Assembly (NCBI RefSeq): GCF_041146345.1
Contig: NW_027191404.1
Location: 868,001 to 932,000, forward strand
From: Neodothiora populina
Taxonomy: Eukaryota
Length of the DNA: 64,000 nucleotides
Reading direction: 5' to 3'
This document shows, one piece after another, positions 36,350 through 47,634 of this stretch. Under the pieces are notes generated by a model. It searched no databases. It saw nothing but the letters and a program-made list of their open reading frames with translations, and was not told where the DNA came from. Position 1 is the first letter of the stretch, and every line of letters starts with the position of its first letter. The position numbers and the translations under genes are program-made.

Positions 36350-38425
36350 ATGTTCAGCTCTCTACCTTTTCTCAAGAAGCAGAGTCCAGTGGTGGACGCA
36401 GAAGAGAGAGAAGAGTCGTTTGTAGTCATCGACGAGAAACAACCCGAGTCACAAGATGACGTGCCAGAAGTCTTTCGTATGCCTACTTGCGACGACCACG
36501 ATCTGTACGAGATCTCGGTAGACGAGCTGCAACATCTGTTCTCTTCTTCGTCTTTGACGGCTGTCGAGTACGTCAGGTTCTGTCTCGAGAGGATAAGACG
36601 GGTGAGCTGAGTATATTCTATAAAGTAGTGTTTTTTTCTTTTCTGAAGTCGGTGCGACAGGTCAATCCCTATCTTGAATGTGTCATCGAGACCAATCCCG
36701 ATGCTCTGGGTATTGCAAAGCAGCTCGACGATGAGAGGAAGGAGGGTAAAGTCCGGGGACCTTTGCATGGTATTCCTGTCATAGTCAAGGATGTAAGTAC
36801 ATGTTTCGAAAAGAAAAGATGAGACCTGTTCTGTATTTGCAGATGCATATTCCGATTCCTACATTGCTCTCGCGTGGTCGTTTTCAGCTCCTCCATGATA
36901 AACTGCCGCCCTTGATCTGACCGTCTCTCTCGCAGAACATGGCAACAAAAGACAAGATGCAGACGACAGCAGGCTCATGGGCGCTACTGGGGTCTATAGT
37001 TCCAAAGGACGCCCACATAGTCCACCTCCTCCGTAGAGCGGGAGCTATCGTCCTGGCGAAATCCAACTTGGATGAATGGGCAGGCATGAGGTCCAGTGTC
37101 TATTCGAACGGATACTCGGCGCGAGGAGGGCAGTGTCGTAATCCGTATATGCTTTCGCGATCGGCCAGTAAGTCATGGATAGACCATTGGCAATGATTTG
37201 CGACGATGAGCATTAGTCACTGATGGTACAAAACAGTGGGAAGCAGTTCAGGCTCGGCAGTATCAGTCAGTGCAAACATCGTCCCTCTGGCATTCGGAAC
37301 AGAGACAGACACGTCCATCATCTGGCCGGGCATGGTATGTGGCGTCGTAGCCATCAAGCCGACGGTCGGACTCACGAGTCGAGGCGGAGTGATTCCAATT
37401 TCCGAGACTCAAGACTCTGTGGGTCCGTACGGACGAACTGTAGCAGATGCCGCGCGAGCATTGGATGTCATCGCTGGTGCTGATCCCGACGACGAGTTCT
37501 CGACGGGCCCTGAAAGACGACAGGAAAAGTCATATTTCGAGTGTTTGACCGATCGCTCGGCATTGAAAGGCGCGAGGTTCGGACTGCCGATGAAGAGGTT
37601 CTGGGAGCTGGTTCCTGCGCCGCAGAAGAAGATTGCGGAGAAAGTGCTGGAGCTGATCAAGGAAGCTGGTGCTGAGATCATCCCTGTCGAGATGCCTTGT
37701 GCCGAGGAGAGGATCCACAAGGACGGACGCTGGGACTGGTGAGTCTTTCTTTGCCTCTGATATCAGGCCCCCTCTACTATATGCTGCTCCAGAAACACAG
37801 CAAACTGATCAAAAAAACAAAAAAGGGAACACTACGGCCACTCCATCCCCTCGCGCGCAGAAATAACAGTCTCAAAAGTCGAGACCTACGCCCTAACAAA
37901 CCAATACCTCTCAAGACTAACCACTATTTCCAACGATCCCTTCCCGATACAAACGCTCGAAGACATCGTCGACTTCAACGACGACAACCCAGGCACAGAG
38001 GGCGGCATAGCAGGCACGCACCCGGCGTTTCCCGACGGCCAGAAACTGTTCCGCGAGTGCGTCGCCACGCAAGGGGTCAAAGACGAGACGTATCACGCCG
38101 CGTTGGCGTATATCCGGCGGCAGACGAGAGAAAGGGGGATTGATTACGCGTTGACGCATTACCCCTCCTCTTTCTCCTCTTCCTCATCTCTGTCGAACGA
38201 AGAGGAAAACTCAGAGCAAAAAAGTCTGGACGCGCTCCTGTTCTGCGACGTGCTAGCGCCCGGCCAGAACATCGCCGCGCAAGCAGCGTATCCCATCCTG
38301 ACGCTGCCCATCGGGCTCGACTGCGATGGGGTCCCCGTCAGTCTTTCGTTTCAGCATACTGCGTGGCGAGAAGGAGAGATTGTCAGGTGGGCGAGTGCGG
38401 TTGAGGATTTGCTGGTGGCCGTCAT

Positions 38426-38459
<34 letters not shown>

Positions 38460-38603
38460 GTGGTGGTGGGGTCAAAGTGGGAAATGGGAGGAGAGGGTGA
38501 GAGAGAAAGAAAAAGAAAGGAAAGAGTGGGCAGAGTCACGCCGACGTATAAAGACTTCATGGCGAAGAACGTCCCTGTTGATGAGCCGTATAGGTCTGGC
38601 TAG
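36350..38603 (+). CDS. Amidase-signature family enzyme; introns 36602-36660, 36793-36935, 37168-37236 and 37739-37825
   Basis: RGPLHGIPVIVKD|N (catalytic Lys), GSSSGS, GTETDTSI (nucleophile Ser) and KPTVGLTSRGGVIP...DSVGP. All four introns restore the frame. Confidence 0.92.
38426..38459. repeat. (GTC)~11 microsatellite encoding poly-Ser near the amidase C-terminus
   Basis: Directly visible. Confidence 0.9.
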
Positions 38604-39110
38604 GTGTAGTACCAGTGTTGTCGTTAGATCCGCAGTTCACTTTCACATCGTCACTTATTCACCCGAATGCATAGTCAATTCGTGTTGTCGTCGTGCGCGA
38701 CTAGCAACGTAGGTGCAACAAGTTGGCCATTCTGAATATTATTTCTCATTTCTTTGCTCTTTCCTCTCTCCTGCTCTCTTCGACGTCTTCTCTCTTCCAT
38801 GTCTCTCTCATAGCGATATTATTCGAGAGATCTCGTGTGTCTGTAGGGTGGTGGTTTATCGTGAGATTTGCCGTGTGTCTGGGTACATGTTCTGTGGTCC
38901 TGCCACGGTGTACATTTCTCTTTCTCGTTCGTTTCTCCCGTTCTGTTTCTCTCCTTGCCGTCTCTCGATTCGGCCCGGCGAGCTATTCTTTCTCTTCCTT
39001 CCTCTCTCCTTCTCTTTCGTTTTCAACTCGGGAAGGTGACTAGGGACTTGCCCGAGTGAAAATGTCAAGTAGTGTATGCGTAGGGCATGGATAACCCCCC
39101 CCCCCCCCCC

Positions 39111-40682
39111 CTAATATCCCACAGCGAGAGCAGAGTCCAGCACGCCCATCAGAGCATCCATATCCTCCTGCCCCGCACCCGTCCAACCCCATCCGTCGGG
39201 GTCATCCGAGTCGACGACCATGGGATCGCCACTGTCTGCCACGACAGCGACATCCTTGCCACTGCCAGCACCCTTGGCGTGGTGTGTGCCGTTTAGTAAC
39301 AGACTATCTGGGCGGTGGAGGTCGTGGTCCGGAGGCGTGGGTACACTGTCCCAGGCGTCCATGTCGACGTCAACGTCGCCTAATAAGTTGTCTGCCAGGA
39401 AAGCGTCATAGGGTAATCGGCCGTCGTCGAGGCGCACGCTCAACCTCAAATCGTCGGTGCTGAGCTGGTCTCTGTGGGCGGTGGCCTCGACCTCGCAAGG
39501 CAGCAGGCCGGCGGCGTTGCGCGCCAGCTCGCCTCGTTCGACGGCGTCTTCTTCCTTGTGCAGTTGGGTCTTGTAGGCGGCTGTCATGGGCATCAGGTCG
39601 CCGTTTGTGCGCGTCGTCGAGATGCAGCGCTCGAGGATTTCTTTGACGAACATTTCGGTGGCGGTCTCGACGAGTTCGGCGCAGGCTTGGAGGGTGGAGG
39701 TAGATAGAGGGGTGTTTGCTGTGAGACCGACGCCTTCTTCGTAGCATATGGGTTCGATGCGTCCTTGGATCTCGGTGCGCGAGGGGAACTCGAGGGTTTC
39801 GGATGCCAGAGGCATTGCGTATCTCCGCTTGATTTCCACATCCCAGTTTGTTTTTGCCAGACTGCCTTTGCCTTCGAGGAGGCTGGCCTCTGCATCCACC
39901 TTGGAAGTCGGCACTGTCAGGGCTTGGTGATAGAGCAGGGTCTTGGCCAATGGACCCGATCCCTTGCCTTCTGCTTCTGCAGTGGTGTCTTTGATGTTCT
40001 TGATTCTCCGTCTGTCGCGCGCGCTCAGCGACATGACCTCGCGCTTGAGTCTTTCTTCCGCCTCGTTTGCAGCAGCACCGGCGGCGCCCGTCTTGCCAGC
40101 ATGTTGGTTGAGGCCGGCAGCGTCGTCGGGCGCGAGCACCCAAGGCGCGACCGTGTCTGGGGGTGAGTCGCGGAAGATGTTCGCGTACAAAGCGCACAGC
40201 AGCTGATTGTGCAGATGGATCGTCGAGGTGAGTTTTGCGTCTTTCGAGTCGCTCGACGCAGGATTGATCGACACGGAGGGCGCGGGCGACAGCAACTTGT
40301 TGAGGGATTGTGAGAGTTCGGCCTGGCTCAGTTTGCCTGTTGCCGCTCGGTCAGAAACAGATGAATAGAAAGGTGCAAAGCACTCACCCAGCACAAAGCC
40401 AGCAATGGCATCTCGATAAGCCCCGAAGCCTTCGCCCAACGAGGCCTTTAGTGCGGTATAGATGGGCTCCGTGTCTATTCTGGGCACCACAGTCCCTGCA
40501 CCACCTGCTGCTGCTGCTGCTGCTGCTGCACCACCGCCTCCACTCGCAGCGCCCGTCATTGGTTTCCCGTTCGCTTTACTCGAAGACACAGGCGTCGTCT
40601 GGAATGCTTTTGAAGTGGGTGTATCCATCAGGGCGCCCCCGTCCGCCGTGCTGTCCATCCTCGTGAACTGCGCCGGATCCAT
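39111..40682 (-). CDS. HFI1: SAGA complex subunit Ada1/Hfi1 (Tad1 family); probable in-frame intron 40337-40387
   Basis: RIDTEPIYTALK...FVLG|KLSQAE, HLHNQLL, RLKREVMSL..RDRRRIK and PLASETLEFP...RIEPICYEEG...ATEMFVKE match fungal Ada1 proteins. Confidence 0.85.
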   Translation of the reverse strand: MDPAQFTRMDSTADGGALMDTPTSKAFQTTPVSSSKANGKPMTGAASGGGGAAAAAAAAGGAGTVVPRIDTEPIYTALKASLGEGFGAYRDAIAGFVLGECFAPFYSSVSDRAATGKLSQAELSQSLNKLLSPAPSVSINPASSDSKDAKLTSTIHLHNQLLCALYANIFRDSPPDTVAPWVLAPDDAAGLNQHAGKTGAAGAAANEAEERLKREVMSLSARDRRRIKNIKDTTAEAEGKGSGPLAKTLLYHQALTVPTSKVDAEASLLEGKGSLAKTNWDVEIKRRYAMPLASETLEFPSRTEIQGRIEPICYEEGVGLTANTPLSTSTLQACAELVETATEMFVKEILERCISTTRTNGDLMPMTAAYKTQLHKEEDAVERGELARNAAGLLPCEVEATAHRDQLSTDDLRLSVRLDDGRLPYDAFLADNLLGDVDVDMDAWDSVPTPPDHDLHRPDSLLLNGTHHAKGAGSGKDVAVVADSGDPMVVDSDDPDGWGWTGAGQEDMDALMGVLDSALAVGY

Positions 40683-41481
40683 CTTCGGTCTGGCTTATCG
40701 CTGGAACCGGTTCGCTGTCATTGATTCTTTCTCATGAAATGACAGAGCGGCGGGTGAACAGCATGGTTGGCTGGTCCAGACTGTCGCCCGGCTGGGAATG
40801 GCGATGATATGGAAATTGGCCAGAGGCAGAGGGACGGAATTGATGCGTATTGAATGGGTTGTGGTGGAGTTGTGATGGAAGTACGGAGTATATCATCAAT
40901 GATGAACAATGAGGGGCGGCGATCGGGCGAGGCTCGTGACTTCCCCATACGGACCCGCGTCCGCCGTACTGTCCTGACACAGCAAAATATAATTACACAA
41001 GTATACCGACAGACCAACAGACAAATCACGGTACCCCAAAGCAAACATCGGGGTGAGAACGTCTCTGATCTGCGCATCTTGCCTATCGTGACTAAAGACC
41101 CATCTATCCTTCAGACTCATGTTACACCATCCTCCCATCCTCCTGATTCCATAAAAGAACATGAAAACTCCGGTGGAAATGCGCGACCCTGCCCCAGATG
41201 TCATCCGTCGTGTGCTTCTTTCTCGCCAGAATATAAAACCCCTCTTACATGAATGCCTTCGTTTGCCGAAAAGAAAAACAAGATTACAAGAAAAAGACGA
41301 TACACCACAATCCACAGGACACCGGCGGTCCTTTTCTAATGTCGAAATCCCACGTCTTCCAATAAACCGATGAAGAACGTTCAAGTCGCTCAAACGCTGA
41401 AGTGAATCCAAAACAAAAGCCTCAAAACTCGCCACTTCCTATCTTACTGGCGCCTCGCCCCTCGAGCATCGTGTTGGCAGC

Positions 41482-44428
41482 TCACCATGCAGTGGCGACA
41501 GGCATCGCCGTGTTGTCTTCGTCCAAGTCTTCAAACTCGATCCACTGCCATCGCTCCGACCGATCGACCTCCTCGACTCTCATGTTGCCCATGGCGTCCA
41601 GTCCCTCTTCGGGATGCACATAGACCGACGCTCCTATCGCCGCACTCTGTGTCTTGGACGACACCGGCAGCTGGTACTTGAGCACTCCTCGGAGGATCAA
41701 TTCGAAAGGGTACTGCAGCACCCTCTCCCATCTCTCCGACCCGCCCATCTCGGTCGAGTTGCCTGGATGCTGTAGTCGCACTTCACCCAGCGCCAGGTGA
41801 GTGTGTCGTTTGATCGGTGAGCCATCGAAAATGAGCGGTGTGTCGAACTGAAAGATCCGCCCGAGAAGCATGGTTTGGCTGTCTCCTTCCATGGGATCGT
41901 TGCCTTCGTCTTGTCCGTCGTGATCTTTGTCTGGCCCGTGACCTGGATGCCAGTGTCCGTCTGGGTCTTGATGATCCGAATTGCGAACGCGCATTCTGCT
42001 GTTTTTTCTGGACCCGCTCTTGTCCTGATGGTGCCAGACGTGTCCTCCGCCGATCGGACTGACGTATTTACTTTTCGCGAAAATGTTGATGTCCATGTCC
42101 GCGACTGTGACCCCTAGTACATTAGGATTCACCGCACCCACAAGCAAATCGAGCATGATTTCTTGCTCGCTGGCCAACACATTCTCGATTCTGTCCACCT
42201 CGAACCCATACAGAGGCTTGTTGCTCATGACCAGGAAGCCCACGGCACCCAGCACCACCAGTATGAACACCACGAGTCCGAACAAGCATCCTCCAAATCT
42301 CGACAGGCGTGACGATGAAGACGATCCAGAAGACAACGAGTGCGCATGGTGTGGGCTGTCGTAGTACGACTGGTGACTGCGCAGGCTGTCCGTGTTGTAT
42401 CGTCTCGCATGCAACCTTGAACTCCTCAGTGTTCTGACGGTGCCGACAAGAGGCGTACGCTCGTCGTCGCCTTCGCCACCCTCGAGGTCCATGTCGTTCT
42501 TCCTACCCAGCAATAATGAAGTGGGCCTGTGTTGTGTCGACGTCGTAGATTTCGGGGATCCTGGCCTCGATGACTGCCGATCTGTGTTGCGAAACTTGGA
42601 AGCCTGCGTGAACGGCGAGTCTTGCAGATACAGAGAGCCGCGGCCACTGCTGCCAGCGGCTCGTCCAAGACGCCCGATGTGTCTGGCATGCGCGCGGACT
42701 GTTCCGTTGCCGTCTTCCGACGGTGAGTCGAGCATGTTGTAGGGGTTGTTCGAGAACTTCATGCTGCGCTTGCCTGCCACACGATGATCGCCATTATGGA
42801 GACCTCCATAGTTTCGTATACCGAGACGATACTCGCTCTGGCTATGCAAGGAAGTGCCCGAGGGTGTTCGTGAATGATGGCGTCTCGTTCGCTCTGGCGG
42901 CTCCGTGTTGGACTCGTAGACAAAAGTTTCATCACTGGAAGATCCTTGCTCGTCGACCTGGGTGGCAACGCGTGCCTCGAAAATGTCTGCCTTGCTTGAT
43001 GCTGTGCCATTGTTGATCGAAGGTGCCTTTCTCGACGCTCTCTTCCTGTCTTTCCTCGGACGAATGGTGTCGGTGCTGGGCTTCGTGCGGAGCGAGCCGC
43101 CGTCTCTACCACGATCGAGGGCAATGCTGCCGCCGCCAATGTTCGTCTGCGGCACCGAGGCGACAGTCTCCGTCTCGACTGTCATGTTTCGACTTCCTTC
43201 GGGCTGCCTCGATTTGGCGGATGAGAGTGTGGGATACGATGTTCGAGCTCCGGAGCCAACCTTTGGTCGGAAGACCTGACTGTCCTGGCTTGCTTTTCTG
43301 CCTTTGCCGTCGCCGCTTCTGTTGCCTTCACTTTCGCTCTCGGCCAATTTGCTCGTGGCGTCCGAGATGTATCCACTGGGTCGAACGCGGACAGATGGCG
43401 TTTTCTCCTCGTCAGAAGTGCGTATTTGTTGTTTCATTTGCGGTGTAGGACTAGTGCGTTTCAAAATCAGTCAACTGTCGCTGCTCTCTCATATTCTGCC
43501 ATGATACTCACTTTTGAACCGGCTGCTGTACTAGAATCTGCGGCGTTGTGTTTTCCTCGACGGTTTCCAGCGTCGGCCTTGGCCCACTAGGCCCTCTGCT
43601 CGGTGCTTTTGTCGTCGACGTCGTCGGCTGTAATTGTTCTTCTTTCCTTGCCTCGATGCTTCTAGCTGAATCGCCCGCTTGCAAGCTCGGTGCTGCGACG
43701 ACAGAGGTCGGCGTCGATGATTGAACATGGATGCTCGGCGCCGAGGTGCTGCCTCTCTGGCTCATGCTTGAATTCGTCCGTGATCTCACAGTGCTCGGCG
43801 GTGGCGACTTGAGTCTCGGCGACGGTGGCCAAGTGGGAGTGCTCTCGCCGGAAGAGAGCACGGAACGCTGCTGCATCTTGGGCAGCTTGGAAACGGCTTC
43901 GGTGACGGGTCCGGCCTGGAGTTGAGGCACTGCGGTGGCCGACAGCGCTCTCTGGATGGCGGCAGCAGAGGGAACGGTGCCACCGTGGTTGTGGTTGGTC
44001 AAGCCCGGGGAGCGGTGCGGACTCTGGTCGTTGCTGTTTTGTCGACTTCTCAATGCCGGCGCTGAAGGTCTGGAGGAAGAGCGCGGCGCGTCATGGCCCG
44101 ATCTGGCGGTACGGATGGGAGAAGGGTTCCTGGACGTGTGCGGGCTGTTGTTGGTGGATGGCACAAGTTGCGGCGTGTTGACACCAGAGGATGAATGTTT
44201 CCGAAGGGTGGGAACCGAGGATGTGGAAGATGCATGTCGTATGGTGACGGGACTGCCGTCTCTACTTCTCCTCGTGGACAGAATTGCGGAATTAAGGGTA
44301 TACTGCGGCTGAGGTTGGCCATGGGTTACCACAGTCCGGGAGGGTTCTGTCGTCTCTGGCCGTCCAGTGAGCGAACGATAGCCTTGGCTTTCACCGTCAC
44401 CGTCGCCATCACCTCTGGTGGAAGCCAT
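41482..44428 (-). CDS. VAC7: Vacuolar segregation protein Vac7; intron 43451-43511
   Basis: MTVETETV, SSKADIFEARVA...SSDETFVYESN, a single TM segment, then NVLASEQEIMLDL.V.A.NPN...D.NIFAKS and PFELILRGVLKYQLP. Confidence 0.9.
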
Positions 44429-46168
44429 GACGACGACGGTAAAGCCGTGGGGAGGTGGTGTCTTGTGACTTGCTTTTTGGCTTTTTCCTGCCTCTAGAGA
44501 ATCCGTCCGTCTTTGTTTTCAAAAAGTAGTGGAAAGCAGCAGGGAAAATAGGCAAGGTACTAAGATAGTGTAGTGCCAAGGTAGTGGCAGTGGTAGTGGT
44601 AGTGGTAGTGCTAGAGTGACGCAGTGCGGCAGGTCATGCTGTTTTCGGGTGGCTTCCAGGATGTCCGATGTGCACAAAGTACGGTACTCTTACGGGACTC
44701 TTACGGGGAACTCTTCGCCTCCAACACATACAGTACAACTCCCTCTCTCTCTCTTTCGACCAGCCGCACGGAGAGATTGATCGGCAGCCGCGATCTCACC
44801 TTGGCGGGCAAGTTGTGTGGGGTGAAGGGCAATTGCTCAAGTGCTGTCCAGGTGATCACAGAGAGGAAAAGCAACTGTGCAACACAAACAGCGACGACGG
44901 ACCTAAGCCCAAGGTGGATAGAACGGTCAGGTACAGAGAACAAAAAAGGTGGGTAATGGGATAATCAGTGATGCACACCTAGCAAGCACTCTTCGCTCCG
45001 GTCCATTAGAAATAGACTCTAGCAGGAAACGAATTACTGTACTCCTGTCCAAGAAGAGCGTTTGAAGCACGCGGGAGAACCTGGGCTCTTGTCCGTGCCC
45101 CGTGCCCGCCGTTTCGTCGATTGCAGCCCTTCGCTTGGAGTAAGTAATGTCTAGTCGTAAGGTAAGGTAGCTAAGGTAGCAGTGTTATTAGTCGGGAAGA
45201 GATGATGTGATGGATCGAACGAGCAAGAGATCAGCGAGGACTGAATAGACGGAAGAAGCACAACATGTCGGGTACGACCAAGGCTAGGTAGGCATACACA
45301 ATACACACAGTACAATAATAGAAAGCTGCGTGCGTGTCTTGGACGGAAACATGGTCGGAATGCTTCAAGCTCCCTTCCCCCCTCGCCTTGTACAGTACAG
45401 TAAAATACGTGTGCAGTATGTGCTCCATGTCTTTTGGGATTGGTTGCGAACCATGACAGCGTTACCTGCAGCACTATGAACTAACTAATCTACCCTAAAT
45501 GTCTACCTTTACTCCATACGGCTAAGACCAAGGTACAGGTGAGCAAGACAAACAGAAACCATCTGCCCATGTGGACCTGCGCATACAGTAGCTAAGCGGC
45601 GCTGCCCATTCGCGAAGCCATCCACTGCGAACACAGGGGGAGATCGATCCCTTTAGGAAAGGTCGCTCCCGTGGCCCCGGGTACCGAGTCCTGCCTGATG
45701 TATCGTGCTTGTACCGTACGTACAGTAGTGTACAAGAAGGTATTCTGCCCCCTTTTGACAGATGCCCTTCCTTCTGGTAGCTTACGGTCACCTTGATGCC
45801 CCTCGCTGAACGATCATGACACAGGTACTGCGATATACCTCACGTCTTCGGTTTCATAACCTGGCCAGACAAAGAACACATGCACTAGACAAACTTCGGT
45901 CGCGTACCTGTAGCCCCAAGGTACGGTACAGTCAAGTCAGATAAGGTCCATTAGTCGCAGAGCCTCCCCCCAGTGACTTATGCCGGCTATAAACAAGAGC
46001 CACATGATGAAACGCCTTGTCTGTAAATCTTCCTTGTCCTCCCATTGAAAAAGTACTGTAGCCTTATACACAAAATTTACTCGCCAACCGCGCTACATGA
46101 TCGCAGGGTGATGTAGCAGGTACCCGATTATGAGAGCGTACTTGCACCTTAGGCGAGTGATCGATGGA

Positions 46169-46197
46169 TAAGGTACCTTACCTTACCTTACCTTACC
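46169..46197. repeat. TAAGGTACCTTA palindrome running into (CCTTA)4
   Basis: Directly visible. Confidence 0.85.
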
Positions 46198-47634
46198 CAA
46201 AATTTCGTCATCAGGAAACACCGTCATAGGATCGTCGACATCAAGAAATTCCAACGTCATCAGTCGCACTATCAAATCATTTTCAGGCTCCTCCTTTAAT
46301 CTACTAGAGGCACCTGTAACAAAGCTTCTTGTGCGCCGCTTTCAATCTTCAGCCTTCTCCTCTCCAATAGCAGTGCACTTTGTCCTTACGCTGTTGTTGC
46401 TCACCCGAACTCCCCCATCGGGGGTGCCGAGGCAATTATGGGTGACCCTTATGTATGCGGTCATCACATGTCACGACAATAATGTGGAAAGAAATGGCAA
46501 CCAATAAAATGTGTAAATTAAAGTCACATGTGTTGAGGCAGCGTGGTTTTTTGTGCTCCTTGAACGAGGTTGCTTCATCAGGGTAAGGTATCTCACCTTC
46601 CAAATGTGCAACGATTCAGCCCATGCGTCACTGTCTGTATCCTCGGCTGCTTTGTTTCAACCATACCTAAGATACCTTAGCCAACACCTCATGTTTACCG
46701 CATGGGGCATGCGAGACCAAGTCAGGCACACCTTACACTACAGGTACAGCTGGCGGTTGCTACGAGTACCTCACTGCCACGTGGCCTGCTGTGAGACGCC
46801 AGTATCATGTTGTCACAAGTGCAGGCGAGAAAGACGCAGGTGGTTGTGACAATTAATACAGTTTTGTTCTTTATTCTCATCCTCGTGATATGTGCTATGC
46901 TGCCTGTCACCAGTAATACACCTTCCGTTTCCCTGTTTCCCACTCGCTAGTTAACGCCTTGCCCATCTTGGTATCTCCGTTTTGTGTGAGTGTGAGTGTG
47001 AATGTGTGTTCGTTCGATCCAACGCTGTCTCTTGACGCGCGGTGAGCTCCGGGCATTATTGCAGCCTCGTAAAAAGACAAATGAGAAAAGCAATTGCAAA
47101 CGCCCTTGAAATGCGACAGAACGCCTTACGGAGGCCAAGTAGATAGCCTTACAAATCTGCGGCACATTACAGGATCTGTCAATTCCATGAATCGCTGCAT
47201 GACTGAGCCCCATGATCCTTTCGTAACACCGAAAACTATGCAGCGCCGCATATAGGAGAGCTGATGAATTAAGGACATTGTATATCGTCATGTGTCCTCG
47301 TTACTGTGATATTGGCTTGGTTTTATTTTGTTTTGGTTTTATTCTCCTTCTTTACAAAGGCGACCATATGATGTGATGAATGGCGTGGCTTGACTTCGTC
47401 GGCCGTTGCTCGAAGGCTGCCGGTCGTAGTCGTGATGTTTGTTTGGGTGCCGCGTTCCCTGGTATTGCGGTCGTAGTGCTGTTGTTCCGTGTGCCCCCTC
47501 GGGCTGATCCCTTACGCTTTTGTGAAATATCCGGTATCATAAATTCCGGAAATGTGTTTGTTCGTGGGGCATCTGCGTCTGGACTGCGGTCGAACCGAAG
47601 ATGCTTACTCCAAACTCTGTTTTCTTGATGGTAA

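Noticed and set aside
46169..46197. Telomere-like or CRISPR-like repeat
   Set aside because: The unit is CCTTA, not CCCTAA; there are only four copies and no spacers, in a eukaryotic context.
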